Assembly: GCA_963737905.1 (NCBI GenBank)
Contig: CAVTUQ010000007.1
Span: 1-64,000, forward strand
Reading direction: 5' to 3'
DNA from: an uncultured delta proteobacterium
Lineage (GTDB): Bacteria; Desulfobacterota; Binatia; UBA9968
DNA: 64,000 bases
Shown here piece by piece: positions 18,594-29,223 of the stretch. The translations under genes and the position numbers were made by a program. Each line of letters begins with the position of its first letter. The stretch's first letter is position 1. The notes under the pieces were generated by a model. It was not told where the DNA came from. It searched no databases and saw only the letters and a program-made list of their open reading frames with translations.

Positions 18594-19547
18594 ATGATTC
18601 ATCACAAAATTCTCGCCGCCGCTTGCCTAGTGCTCGCGCTGTTCGGCTTTGCCGGTACACTCCACGCCCAAACCCAGAAGATCCGCATTTCCCTCTCGAG
18701 CCGGAGCAATACGAACACGTCTTACTACGTCGCTCAGGCGCGCGGCTTTTTCAAGGATGAAGGCTTGGAAGTCGAGTTCATCCAGATCAATCCCCGGCTC
18801 GGCGCCATGGCGGTGCTAAACGGCGACGTCACCTTCACGACTTCGTTCGTCAGCACCTTTCGCGGTATCGTGCAGGGGCTGCCGATGAAGACCGTGTTTA
18901 TTCTGTTGAAGAAAGGTACCTACCATTTAATGGTAAGGCCTGATCTCATCAAAGACATTCAAGATCTTAAAGGCAAAAAACTGGGTGTGACAGCGGTCAA
19001 CGGCGGCGATCACATCATCGGCAGGGAGCTGATGCGAATGAAAGGACTGGACCCGAACCTCGTTCAAGCAATCGCCGTCGGCGATCCGTCGCTAAGGCTT
19101 CAAGCGGCTATCACGGGCGCCGTGCAGGCCGTTTCAGTGCCACCGCCGTACGATTTGATGCTTGAACAGAAGGGACTAAAATCCATTTCCGGGCCGCCAG
19201 AAATCGGTGTGCCCTCGTCGGGTTTGTTCGCGGCAGACCGGTCCATCAAGGAAAATCCGCAAGTGTTGCGGCGCACCATCCGCGCGACGTTGAAGGCGAA
19301 CCGATTTATCGAAGGGAACAGGGAGGAAACGATCCGCATCATGACCCGGTTTGTGCCACAATCTGTGGAAGCGGCAGGGCGCTCCTACGACGTGGAACTC
19401 AAGGCGCTTGCCAAGGACGGCCAGATGACCGATTCGGAAATCGAGTTCCAGATGGAGCGACTGGCCGACAAGAAAAGGCCCCTCGACGAGATCCGCGATT
19501 TCTCCTTTGCCCGCCAGGCGCTGAAAGAGCTGGATTCGGGAAAGTAA
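18594..19547 (+). CDS. ABC transporter substrate-binding protein (NitT/TauT/SsuA-like)
   Basis: Signal peptide; VAQARGFFKDEGLEVE; DLKGKKLGV. Confidence 0.88.
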   Translation: MIHHKILAAACLVLALFGFAGTLHAQTQKIRISLSSRSNTNTSYYVAQARGFFKDEGLEVEFIQINPRLGAMAVLNGDVTFTTSFVSTFRGIVQGLPMKTVFILLKKGTYHLMVRPDLIKDIQDLKGKKLGVTAVNGGDHIIGRELMRMKGLDPNLVQAIAVGDPSLRLQAAITGAVQAVSVPPPYDLMLEQKGLKSISGPPEIGVPSSGLFAADRSIKENPQVLRRTIRATLKANRFIEGNREETIRIMTRFVPQSVEAAGRSYDVELKALAKDGQMTDSEIEFQMERLADKKRPLDEIRDFSFARQALKELDSGK

Positions 19548-19562
19548 GTTCAGGTCGGCTGC

Positions 19563-20474
19563 TTAGTGGCGATCTTTTTTGTTGAGAAACCTGCCTAACT
19601 GTGAAAAAGTAACTAGAGCGAGTGCAATAAACAGTGTGATGAAAATCACAACGAGGTACCCATATATCCGCATGTAGGGCGCTGCCGGCATCGGAACATC
19701 CGCCCAATTGGCCTCGAACCTTCCCTTATCAAAATCGTAGACATAAACGCTTTTCCACTCCAAGCAAGTGAGTGGCTTTGCAAAGTTTATGTTGTCTCGT
19801 CGTGTTTCTGCGGGAACATCGATGGCCTTGTAGATGCAGGTGTTGAATTGCAGAGCGGCATTTTTGACGCCGGTTCCGGTAACGTATGCTCCGGCGGGAT
19901 AATCGGCCGTATAAACAACCGGAATTCGCGGTTTTTCGGCCCCGTAGTATTTATGGTCCGGATAATCATAGGAGCCGGGTTTATTCCACCTCAATAAATA
20001 AAATCTGCCGTATTCAGGATCGCTGTTGTATGCGGGATCGGTGTCCTGCGAATCTATCACCCATTCCGGAAAGCAATAAGGAATATCTTCCCCGAAGCTC
20101 AGTACCGTATAACTTACGTTCTTATTTATCTTGCCTTCCCCATTTTTTGAACTGTCAAAAACGCAGCCTCTTATGAATTGAACAATGGCGTATTTCTCGA
20201 GCGCGTCCACGGAATCGGTCTCGTATTCCATGATCACGCCATTGCCGTAAGTGGGATAATCCGGGTCGTCACTGAACCAAACTTCGTAAACCGACGTTGT
20301 GAGCGTGAATCTTTTGAGATCGCAGGTGTCGGTCAACCGGCAGTCCGGATTCCAAAAGACCTGTTTTGTTTTTGAGAGCGTGTGGACATGTCCTTTCCCG
20401 GTAAAGTGGCCGTAAGAATTGCCCGCAAGAAATGGGATAAGCCAGACGAGTGAAATGCAGAAGAATTTCTTCAT
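19563..20474 (-). CDS. Hypothetical secreted protein with C-terminal membrane anchor
   Basis: N-terminal signal peptide, several Cys, hydrophobic C-terminal helix followed by a basic tail. Confidence 0.7.
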   Translation of the reverse strand: MKKFFCISLVWLIPFLAGNSYGHFTGKGHVHTLSKTKQVFWNPDCRLTDTCDLKRFTLTTSVYEVWFSDDPDYPTYGNGVIMEYETDSVDALEKYAIVQFIRGCVFDSSKNGEGKINKNVSYTVLSFGEDIPYCFPEWVIDSQDTDPAYNSDPEYGRFYLLRWNKPGSYDYPDHKYYGAEKPRIPVVYTADYPAGAYVTGTGVKNAALQFNTCIYKAIDVPAETRRDNINFAKPLTCLEWKSVYVYDFDKGRFEANWADVPMPAAPYMRIYGYLVVIFITLFIALALVTFSQLGRFLNKKDRH

Positions 20475-20605
20475 TGGGTCGGAAAGGCCCGCGCGTGTGA
20501 AAACCGCTCCTTCTTCGAGGACCTCAGAGTGAACCGGACGGTGGGCGAAGTCATGGATGCAGAGAAACGGTTACTTTTTCGCGCTTGCCCGACTAGCGCT
20601 CACGA

Positions 20606-21616
20606 TTAGTCTTTCACCCCGTAGGTGCTGTAAAGCTGGTCGATAAAACCGCTGTCATCGAGTTCTTTCATGAGCTTTCCATCGATCAAGTTTTCCGTCT
20701 TCAGTCCCGCCACAGCGGGATTTTGCTGCTTCATCAAGCGCTGGACGTTTCGCAGACCGTCGAGGGAGGGAAAAGGTTTTCGGTCCGTGGCTTGAAGCAG
20801 ATCCTCATAACCTCGGGCCGCAAGCGCCGGGTCGCTTATTTTCAGGCGTCTCGTGATGGTTTCCATGACCGAAGATTTCGTCTTGGGGCTGAGGGCATAA
20901 GCCACGCCTTCCAACCACGCTTTCAGGGTGTTTCTGGCTACATCGGCTTGCTGCTGCAAGTAGCTTGCCCTGGCAACGATGCCGTTGCTGACAAAGGGAA
21001 TGTTGGTCTTGGAGAGCTCCACCAGGATCGGAAAGCCCCGCTGCTTGAGGCTGTTGCTGAAAGCGCTGTCGACCACGGTAGCATCGACGGTCCCTTTCTC
21101 GAGCGCTTGACTCAGCATCGTCTGATCGCCGGCCGCGACGATCTGTATGGCGTCACGGCGCGGATCCAGGCCCAAGTGTTCGAGCCCGAGCATCGCCCCC
21201 ATCCAGATCGTTCCGCCAATGACCTGGACGCCGAGACGTTTGCCACGCAGATCTTGGGCACTCTTGATGGTGGGTCTGACGACCAGGTCGAAGGGTATAT
21301 GACTGGTGAAGGTGCCGATGACTTTCAGATCCAAACCGCCCGCCGCAGCTCCCAGGGCGGCAGTGCCGCCGGTATTGGCCAGCTGGATTTGGCCCGTAGA
21401 CAAACTGGCGATCATCACGGGTGAGCCGGGCATATAGACGGGCTGGACAGCAACTCCATACTTGGCAAAAAAACCCTTCTCTTGCGCGATCCAGAGCGGG
21501 CTGACGCGCGCGCTGATGTTTGCGTAGCCAATAATAACTTCTGGGGCGGCTAAAAGCGGTGGGGGCGTGGTCCAAGAAAAGATCACGAGTGTTAGGGCAC
21601 AGAGAATCTTGGTCAT
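20606..21616 (-). CDS. ABC transporter substrate-binding protein (NitT/TauT-like)
   Basis: PLWIAQEKGFFAKYG, DLRGKRLGV, ELDDSGFIDQLY. Confidence 0.88.
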   Translation of the reverse strand: MTKILCALTLVIFSWTTPPPLLAAPEVIIGYANISARVSPLWIAQEKGFFAKYGVAVQPVYMPGSPVMIASLSTGQIQLANTGGTAALGAAAGGLDLKVIGTFTSHIPFDLVVRPTIKSAQDLRGKRLGVQVIGGTIWMGAMLGLEHLGLDPRRDAIQIVAAGDQTMLSQALEKGTVDATVVDSAFSNSLKQRGFPILVELSKTNIPFVSNGIVARASYLQQQADVARNTLKAWLEGVAYALSPKTKSSVMETITRRLKISDPALAARGYEDLLQATDRKPFPSLDGLRNVQRLMKQQNPAVAGLKTENLIDGKLMKELDDSGFIDQLYSTYGVKD

Positions 21617-21839
21617 TGAGTTCATCCAGTCAGTCAAAGGAGCTTTGTTTGCGAGGCAATCTAACGCCGGCAAAGACCGGCTGTCAACCGGAAAACGGTT
21701 GAGTAAAACAAACGCGCCGCTTTTCTTTTCCGCTTTTCTTTTCCGTTGACTGACCTATTTGGCTTCATCCAAACTACTTCAAGCCAAAAAGAACAAACGG
21801 GGTCTACCATAGACACTGCTCGGCACTTGTGTTCTCTTC

Positions 21840-23066
21840 ATGCTGATGAATCTGCTTAGTAATCGAGGCGCTTTTCGCGCGCTCAGCTATCCTGATTTTT
21901 TCTGGTTCTGGTCCAGTTACTTCGTCTCGAATGTCGGATCGTGGATGCAGAGCATCGCCCAGGGGTGGCTGCTTTTCGATTTGACCTCTTCGCCGTTTTA
22001 TCTCGGCCTTTTCAGCTCCTTAAGGATGGTGATCCTGTTGTGCTTTTTCGTCTTGGGTGGATTGATATCTGACCGTTGGGAGCGCCGCAAAGTTATGCTT
22101 TGGATTCAGGTTATCTCGGCTTTAACGGCGTTGGGACTGGCATTGCTGGTGTCTTTCAAAACCATTCAGGTTTGGCACATCTTTGTGCTGGGGGCGATCA
22201 CATCTACGACGTGGGCATTTGAGCAGCCGGTGAGACAAGCGCTGATCCCGCAACTTGTGCAGCGCGAGGACCTGGTCAATGCGTTGGCTCTGAACGCCGT
22301 CGTTTGGAACGGCGCTGGGTTCCTGGGTCCAAGTCTCGTGGGGCTACTCGTCGGTGTTATCGGCGTCGACGGTTGTTTCTACGTTAACGTGGTGAGCTAT
22401 CTCGCCGTTATAGGCGCGCTCCTGCGCATGCATGTGCCGGCAATTGAATCGAATGGTCGGCGGGCGACCGTGCTGCAGAGTCTCCGTGACGGCTTTGGCT
22501 ATGTGCGTCGAGAGAAAGTGATCGCAACCTTTCTGCTGGTTTCTTCCATCTTCAATATCTTTGGCCGATCATTTGTCACTCTGTTACCAGTTTTTGCAAA
22601 GGAGGTTTTGCGAATCGGCGCGTCAGGTTTGGGATTTATCGCCGCCGGTCCCGGGTTGGGTACGATAATCGGATCATTCAGCTTGGCTGCCTTGGGACGA
22701 ATGGAGGCGAGACGCGGCATCCTGGTTAGCCTATTGCTGGCTTTTTCCGCCAGTCTTTTTGTCTTTGCGGCCAGTGGTGATTTTCGAATTGCTTTTATAT
22801 GCCTTGTCATAGTGGGTGCCTTGAGCACGGTGTTTGAAACATTGCTCAATACATCAATTCAACTGAGGGTGGTGGAGGCTTATCGGGGTAGGGTGATGGG
22901 GTTTTATGGTCTCACCGGCGGCGGCTTAAGGGAGCTCGGTGGAATGCAAGCCGGCTTCTTGGCGGAATGGAGCAGTGCACCATTTGCCATTGAAGCAGGC
23001 GCGGTGATTCTGGTCGTCGTCGGCTTATTTTTTCTTGGGCCCAGGCTGCGACGATTGGCTATTTAG
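21840..23066 (+). CDS. MFS transporter
   Basis: ~12 TM helices; SNVGSWMQ, GLISDRWERRK, YRGRVMG. Confidence 0.9.
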   Translation: MLMNLLSNRGAFRALSYPDFFWFWSSYFVSNVGSWMQSIAQGWLLFDLTSSPFYLGLFSSLRMVILLCFFVLGGLISDRWERRKVMLWIQVISALTALGLALLVSFKTIQVWHIFVLGAITSTTWAFEQPVRQALIPQLVQREDLVNALALNAVVWNGAGFLGPSLVGLLVGVIGVDGCFYVNVVSYLAVIGALLRMHVPAIESNGRRATVLQSLRDGFGYVRREKVIATFLLVSSIFNIFGRSFVTLLPVFAKEVLRIGASGLGFIAAGPGLGTIIGSFSLAALGRMEARRGILVSLLLAFSASLFVFAASGDFRIAFICLVIVGALSTVFETLLNTSIQLRVVEAYRGRVMGFYGLTGGGLRELGGMQAGFLAEWSSAPFAIEAGAVILVVVGLFFLGPRLRRLAI

Positions 23067-23369
23067 GCCGGCAGTTTCGGCAGACCTAGCGAGTTTTCGT
23101 AAGCGACTTCTAAGTTGCCTATGTGTAACGTGATTTATTAATCAGCTGAGCATGCTAAGGTAAATAGAAGCAATAATCCGGTAATTCCCTATGGAGAAAT
23201 TGTGGATATTTCTTTAAAAAAATGATTTACATTGAGAGTTGTCCGGCAGGGTCTTAGTTACCATTTGGGCCTGTTAGTCGCGACGGCCGGTTTAGCCGCC
23301 GCCGATCCAGGAAGGAAGTTTGATGGCAGACCGGAAGTTGGGCCGAAGCTGATCGCTATCCGCGGTCAT

Positions 23370-25091
23370 ATGGATAATCATTCTGACGAGCCGTTCCCTA
23401 AGGTTGGTAAACGCAAGACAAGCCATAACAGCGGGATTTTGGTAAACGACACGATCGAATCCGATTACGATGGACTCATCGCGCTGATGAAAATGCGGAG
23501 TAGCCAGAGCCAACACCGCAATTTTACTACGGCTGGATTGGGGACCGGCGTGGCGCAACCGAAATCTTCAGCCGCGTGCTCCTCAGGCAGTCCGGTGGCG
23601 CTCAAGGCGGAGGACGCGGTGATGCTTGCCCTCGAAGCCGCTGGCACTGGTACGTTTCGCTGGGACTTTCGTACCGGTGCCCTCACATTGGATGATGTGC
23701 TCCATCGTCTCTTCGGGCTTCAGGTGCAAGCCAACGCTCGCTCATCGGACCAACTACTGGCCTTGGTGCATCCGGACGACCGCGTGGAAATCATGAGCCG
23801 GTGCGAGCGCTGTCGGTCGGACGGCGAGGATTTCGAGACCGAGTTCCGTGTCATCGGGCCCAACGGCAAGATCCGATGGTTCTATAGTCGCGGCAAAACC
23901 ATCATTGAAAATGGTCATCCCATTTACTTGACCGGTGCTTGCTTCGACATCACCGAGCGCAAGACCACGGAGTTGCAGCGCGAAGAAGCTCTCAGAGAGA
24001 ACGACCGTCGCAAAGACCAGTTTCTGGCTCACATGAGCCATGAGATCCGCAGTCCTATGACCAGCATTCTGGCCTACGCCGACATCCTTTTGAGTCACTT
24101 ACAGGATACCGACGATATCGACTGCGTGAAGGTCATCAAGCAAGGGGGCAACCACCTTTTGGAATTGATCGGCGATATTTTGGATTTGTCGAAGATCGGA
24201 TCCGGGAAACTCAAGATCAATAGAGAGATCGTCTCCCTCCCCACACTCATTGGTGAGGTTCACTCCTTGATGGAAGTGCGAGCGAAAGAAAAGCAGCTGC
24301 CACTGCTTTTGCACTACGAAGGGACCCTCCCTCAAAACATCGAGACCGATCGCACCCGATTGCGGCAAATCCTGTTCAATCTTGTTAGTAATGCCATCAA
24401 GTTTACCGCAAACGGCAAGGTCGAAATTATTGCTAGATTTCTGCCCAGCGACTCTGCGATCGAGGTCGAAGTGGCGGACACGGGTATCGGTATATCGAAG
24501 GAGCAACAGGAGAAGCTGTTTCAGCCTTTCATGCAAGCGGACAGCGCCACGGCTCGTGGACAAGAGGGCACCGGTTTGGGACTGGCGATTACGAAGCAGT
24601 TGGTAAACATGTTGGGAGGAGAGATTTATTTTGAAAGCGTGCCGAACCAAGGCAGCAATTTTCGCATAAAGATGCCCATCCTCCGCCCGCCCGCGCCAGG
24701 TACCGGAACAAGCAATGGCGTGAACTCTGCCGTGGCAAAACGGAAAAGCAAAATCCTTCTGGTGGATGACAATCAAATGGTTTGCAAAGCCATCGGGCGC
24801 CTGTTGGAAACGTCCGGTCACGAAGTTGCCGTGGCTTTCGATGGTCAATCGGCTCTGGAAAAGGCGCGCGATTTCCAAGCCGATGTGGTTGTTTTAGATC
24901 TCAAGTTACCCGATATGAGTGGTTACGAGCTATTGGAGCAGTTAAAGAAAATAAAAACTCTCGCAAATACGAAATCAATAGCGCTCACCGGCTATGGCCA
25001 AGAATGTCGCCGCAATGCAGGGTTAGAATTTGACCACTTTTTGACAAAGCCAGCCGATGCCAAAGTGTTAGAGGCGTTGTTACGTGTTTAG
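23370..25091 (+). CDS. Hybrid sensor histidine kinase (PAS-HisKA-HATPase-REC); start uncertain
   Basis: VHPDDR PAS, MSHEIRSP H-box, NLVSNAIKF, DTGIG, GTGLGL, and receiver ILLVDDN..LDLKLPDMSG..KP. Confidence 0.9.
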   Translation: MDNHSDEPFPKVGKRKTSHNSGILVNDTIESDYDGLIALMKMRSSQSQHRNFTTAGLGTGVAQPKSSAACSSGSPVALKAEDAVMLALEAAGTGTFRWDFRTGALTLDDVLHRLFGLQVQANARSSDQLLALVHPDDRVEIMSRCERCRSDGEDFETEFRVIGPNGKIRWFYSRGKTIIENGHPIYLTGACFDITERKTTELQREEALRENDRRKDQFLAHMSHEIRSPMTSILAYADILLSHLQDTDDIDCVKVIKQGGNHLLELIGDILDLSKIGSGKLKINREIVSLPTLIGEVHSLMEVRAKEKQLPLLLHYEGTLPQNIETDRTRLRQILFNLVSNAIKFTANGKVEIIARFLPSDSAIEVEVADTGIGISKEQQEKLFQPFMQADSATARGQEGTGLGLAITKQLVNMLGGEIYFESVPNQGSNFRIKMPILRPPAPGTGTSNGVNSAVAKRKSKILLVDDNQMVCKAIGRLLETSGHEVAVAFDGQSALEKARDFQADVVVLDLKLPDMSGYELLEQLKKIKTLANTKSIALTGYGQECRRNAGLEFDHFLTKPADAKVLEALLRV

Positions 25092-25118
25092 CAGCCTCAT
25101 CCTTCGATCGTAGGAGTA

Positions 25119-25158
25119 GTTCAAAGCGTTCAAGCAGTTCAAATTGTTCAAAAGGTTC
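25119..25158 (+). repeat. 9-nt period GTTCAA tandem repeat
   Basis: GTTC(AA) at 25119, 25128, 25137, 25146 and 25155. Confidence 0.8.
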
Positions 25159-25423
25159 GCCCAAGAAGCAGCCAGGCGGCCCGAAGCGTCGATAAAGAGG
25201 CTTCAACTACCTATTTCACGACCCAAAGACCTTTCCAAAGATTCATTTGCTTTTCCTCAGGCTTTTGGAAGCTCCAAATCAATAGCAGGTCACCCCACAT
25301 TTGCTACCGTCCACTGGAATCATCCGTCTTTCAATGATATTCAGATGTGCGGCAGAAATGCGAAATCTGCACAGGATTCGTTACCATCATCGCTACTTTT
25401 TTACGCAATTCGTAGGGGGAAAC

Positions 25424-26804
25424 ATGGAAACCGCTTTTAGGAAGTCCCTGATATGGGTGCTCGTTGGATTCCTTACATTACCCGGGGCGCCGCTCAGCGC
25501 CGCCGAGAGCGCCGGACAGGGGTTCAAGCCCGAGGAAATCGATGCGCTGGTCGCCCCCATTGCGCTTTATCCTGACGAACTGCTTTCCCAGATATTTATG
25601 GCGTCCACCTATCCGCTGGAAGTAGTGCAGGCGAGTCGCTGGGCAACGCAGAACAAGAATCTGAAAGGTGATGCATTGGCGCAGGGACTGGAGAAACAAG
25701 ACTGGGATCCGAGCGTGAAGTCGCTCGTGAACTTCCCCGACGTGCTGTCCAAAATGAGTGACAAGCTCGATTGGACCCAGAAATTGGGGGACGCATTTCT
25801 TTAGCAGCAGAAAGAGGTCATGGATGCCGTTCAGAGACTCCGCGCCAAGGCTCAAGCCGCCGGTAATCTGCAAACGACTGAGCAGCAAAAAGTCATCGTC
25901 GAGGAGAAGGTCATCAAAATCGAACCTGCTAGTCCCCAGGTCGTGTATGTCCCGACCTACAATCCGACCGTGGTTTATGGAGCGTGGCCGTATCCGGCGT
26001 ACCCGCCCTATCCTTGGTATCCGCCCGGGTACGCGTTTGGCGCATCCATGCTTGCCTTTGGGACAGGCGTTGCGCTCGGCGCTGCCTGGGGATTCGCGTG
26101 GGGCGGCGCCAACTGGGGCCGTGGGTCGGTTGATATCGACGTCAACCGAAACACCAATTTTAATACAAACATTAATCGCGAGCAGGCCAAGCAGAATCTC
26201 CAAGCGCGCGGGACAGAAAGAAGGGGGCTCCTTCCAGCATGACCCGAGCCATCGAAAGGGCGTCGGTTACAGAGACAACGCGACTGCTCAGAAGTTCAAC
26301 CGGGGCGGTGATGCCCAAGCGGCCAAGGCGCGCGAAGATTTTCGCGGCCGGGCGGAAGGCGGTCGGCAAGAGTTGGCGCGCCAGGGCGGCCCCGGCGACC
26401 GCGGTGGGGTGGGAGAGAAAGGTGGTGTGGGAGATCGAGGCGGGCTGGGAGATAAGGGGGGGCCAGGCGATCGGGGTGGATTGGGCGACAAGGGGGGTGT
26501 CGGAGATCGTGGCGGCCAAGGTTTGGGGGATCGAGGTGGTGGGGTAGGTGATCGTGGGGGTCAGCGGCCGGGAGCTGGAGCTGGTGCAGGCGATCGTGGA
26601 GGGCTCGGTGGCGGTGGGGGAGGGAGTGCCTTCCAAGGCGCCGGCGGCCGGGGAGGCGATGTGCGAAGCGCGAGCTCCCGCGGGGCGGCAAGTCGGGCTG
26701 GTAGTGCGGGTGGGGGAGCCGCCCGTGCCGGAGGTGGTGGTGGCGCCCGCGGCGGCGGTGGTGGCGGTCGTGGTGGTGGTGGCGGTGGTGGGCGGCGCCG
26801 GTAA
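25424..26804 (+). CDS. DUF3300-family exported protein with Gly/Arg-rich tail; in-frame TAG at 25802 and a frameshift near 26215
   Basis: LVAPIALYPDELLSQI..STYPLEVVQA, WDPSVKSL, YVPTYNPTVVYG, HDPSHRKGV; GDRGG repeats. Confidence 0.82.
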
Positions 26805-26859
26805 AGGGCTGTCGTGATCTATCTGCGGGCTTTCGGATGTTCGCGCGGAGGGAAAGAAG

Positions 26860-27828
26860 ATGCGCTACGCATTAGCGGAAACTCGGAAAATCTTTTGATG
26901 AATAATTACCACCGGCCTAACTCTCGTTCTGGCCATTGCTCTGGCATTAGGCTTGGCTCCGTCGGCGTTCGGCGCGACCGCCGTGAAACAAAAAACGTTT
27001 GCCTCTGCGGAAGAAGGCGTCAAAGCGCTCATGGAGGCGGCGAAGAAAAACGACACGAACGACATGCTCGCGATCCTCGGTCCGGAAGCCAAGTCCCTCA
27101 TCGAATCGGGCGATCAAGTTTCCGATCGTACGGCTGGCGAGCGCTTCGTCAAATCTTATGAGGAGTCAAACAAGCTGGTGAAGTCGGGGGACTCGAAGAT
27201 AGTATTGGAGACCGGAAAAGATGATTGGCCATTTCCGATTCCGCTCGTAAAGGAAAATGATCGCTGGCGCTTCGATACCCAAGAGGGGAAAGAAGAGATT
27301 ATCAACAGGCGTATCGGTCGCAATGAACTGGACGTGATTCAGGTGTCTCTGGCTATTGTGGACGCGGAGCGCGAGTACTACCAGCGCGATCCTGACGGCG
27401 ACAAGCTGCTTCAGTATGCGCAAAAGCTTATCAGCACGAAGGGAAAGCGCGACGGTCTATATTGGGAGACTAAGCCGGATGAGAAGCCGAGTCCCCTTGG
27501 GCCTTTGGTGGCTCGGGCCAGAGGGGAGGGATATAAGGGAGCCGGCGGGAAGCCGGTGGCGTATCACGGCTACTATTACAAGCTTCTCACCGGGCAAGGG
27601 AAAGACGCGCCGGGCGGCGCTTACGATTATCTAGTGAAAGGTAAGATGATGGGTGGTTTCGGCGTCGTTGCGTATCCGGCGCAATACGGATCCTCCGGGA
27701 TCATGACGTTCATCGTCAACCACGATGGTGTCGTTTATCAAAAAGACCTGGGAACTAAGACAGCGTCCGTTGCCCAAGCGATGACTAAATTTAATCCGGA
27801 CAAGACCTGGACGGCGGTCAAACAGTAA
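26860..27828 (+). CDS. DUF2950-family protein (two in-frame TGA at 26896-26901 in the leader region)
   Basis: WPFPIPLV, RRIGRNEL, GKRDGLYW, YHGYYYK, YGSSGIMTFIVNHDGVVYQKDLG; usual partner of DUF3300. Confidence 0.85.
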
Positions 27829-27839
27829 CTTGCCTGAGT

Positions 27840-27912
27840 GTTCAAGGTTCAACGTTCAAAGTTCAATGTGAACCAGACCGTCTCTTTTGAGCATTGACCC
27901 GGAACTTTGAAC
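27840..27912. repeat. 7-nt GTTCAAN repeat with inverted partner units, between convergent genes
   Basis: gttcaag gttcaac gttcaaa gttcaat ... ttgaccc ggaact ttgaacc. Confidence 0.7.
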
Positions 27913-27927
27913 CGCCGTGCTCTTGCG

Positions 27928-28956
27928 CTAGTTGGCTGGTAGTTTCGGAGGCATCGGCAATCCTGCCCTGATGCGCTGCGAAAAATCCGGCGCAGTGTCT
28001 GTCGCCTGCGCGGAAGCATTGATAAGGGATCGTCGCTTTAGCTCCTCAAACGGCAGGCTCGTATCAATCGCGGCCCGCTCATAGAGATATTGGGGAACAT
28101 AGCCGCTGAGCAAGACCTTCCATGATAGAGGTAGGTTGCTTTGATTGACCCGAGTATGGGTCAGAATACTGGTTGTGCAGTTGGTTGTGAGCGCGTTGTA
28201 GAACTCAGGGTTTTTCGCTAGCGAGTTGATCTCTCGGATATAGTCCAGAAAAAGCCTTCGCGCGTTGTCGGCTGGGGCGCGGGTCCGATACAGGTAAACG
28301 TCCTCCGGAGGATCCTTCCGATAGTTGGTCCGGAGCCGGATCAAATCCCGCTCATCGGCGACGACGTAAAAGAGTTCGTACTGCTTGAAGAAGCCGGCGA
28401 CGGTGGAATAGCTCTGGTGTTGCTGCCTGCGCGTCTCGATGGAGATCGCTATAAAATCTTTGCCGGAAAATCCGAAGCTCAGAAAAATGTGAGCAATTGC
28501 GTCTCCCATCCAGTAAGAAGCAATCACGTCGACCGAATCGAGCTGCCGGAGATCGAACGTTTTGTCGTAGTAACGAGGAGTGAAATCGGTTTCTGTGCGG
28601 TAATCAAAGTTTCTGATGTTGTGAATCGTCACCAGATCACGGTTGATCACGGCGTAAGGCAAACGGGCGTATTCCGGTGCCCAATCTCGATCTTGCCTGG
28701 GTGGAATTGTCGACCACCAGGCAACGAGGAGCAGGAAAGCTGCAAAGAAAACCAAGAGAGGACGAGTTCGTTTAGTCGAGAAAAGATACCAGACTAGTAG
28801 CGCTGCGCCAAAAATGGCGAAGGCAAAAGCCAACACTCTTCGGAGATCGTCGCCGGGCAGGTTGGAATAATAGATAGCGAGCGCGCCCCAGCCGGTCATT
28901 GCCGCCATGACGATAGAAATTATCAGGGTGAGAGATGCACGGCCGATCCATTTCAC
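27928..28956 (-). CDS. DUF4105 (Lnb N-terminal-like) membrane protein
   Basis: NIRNFDYRTETDF, AHIFLSFGF, YNALTTNCTT. Confidence 0.85.
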   Translation of the reverse strand: MKWIGRASLTLIISIVMAAMTGWGALAIYYSNLPGDDLRRVLAFAFAIFGAALLVWYLFSTKRTRPLLVFFAAFLLLVAWWSTIPPRQDRDWAPEYARLPYAVINRDLVTIHNIRNFDYRTETDFTPRYYDKTFDLRQLDSVDVIASYWMGDAIAHIFLSFGFSGKDFIAISIETRRQQHQSYSTVAGFFKQYELFYVVADERDLIRLRTNYRKDPPEDVYLYRTRAPADNARRLFLDYIREINSLAKNPEFYNALTTNCTTSILTHTRVNQSNLPLSWKVLLSGYVPQYLYERAAIDTSLPFEELKRRSLINASAQATDTAPDFSQRIRAGLPMPPKLPAN

Positions 28957-29223
28957 AAGCTTCTCTTAACAAACCGCGAGCCTAAGGACAATCTGGAAAC
29001 AACAATCAGGTATTTCCGATGGCGAGCGTATTTACTAACACAGCGGTCACCTGAATCTGATGGGACGTGCCTTGCTGAGCCAACTTCGTCATCAAGTTCT
29101 TCGCGTAACTTGTTGCCGCACGCTCCTTCTAAGGGATTTAGCAGACCTAAATCAGGTAACTCCCGATGGCGGATATCAATACAAACAGGCAAAGTGAAAT
29201 AAATCTAAACTGGAGGTGTAGTT

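Noticed and set aside
26896-26901. Selenocysteine or alternative-code readthrough of TGA
   Set aside because: TGA terminates many normal genes here (hsdR, ilvC, truA), and the position is in a leader region, not a Cys-equivalent site.
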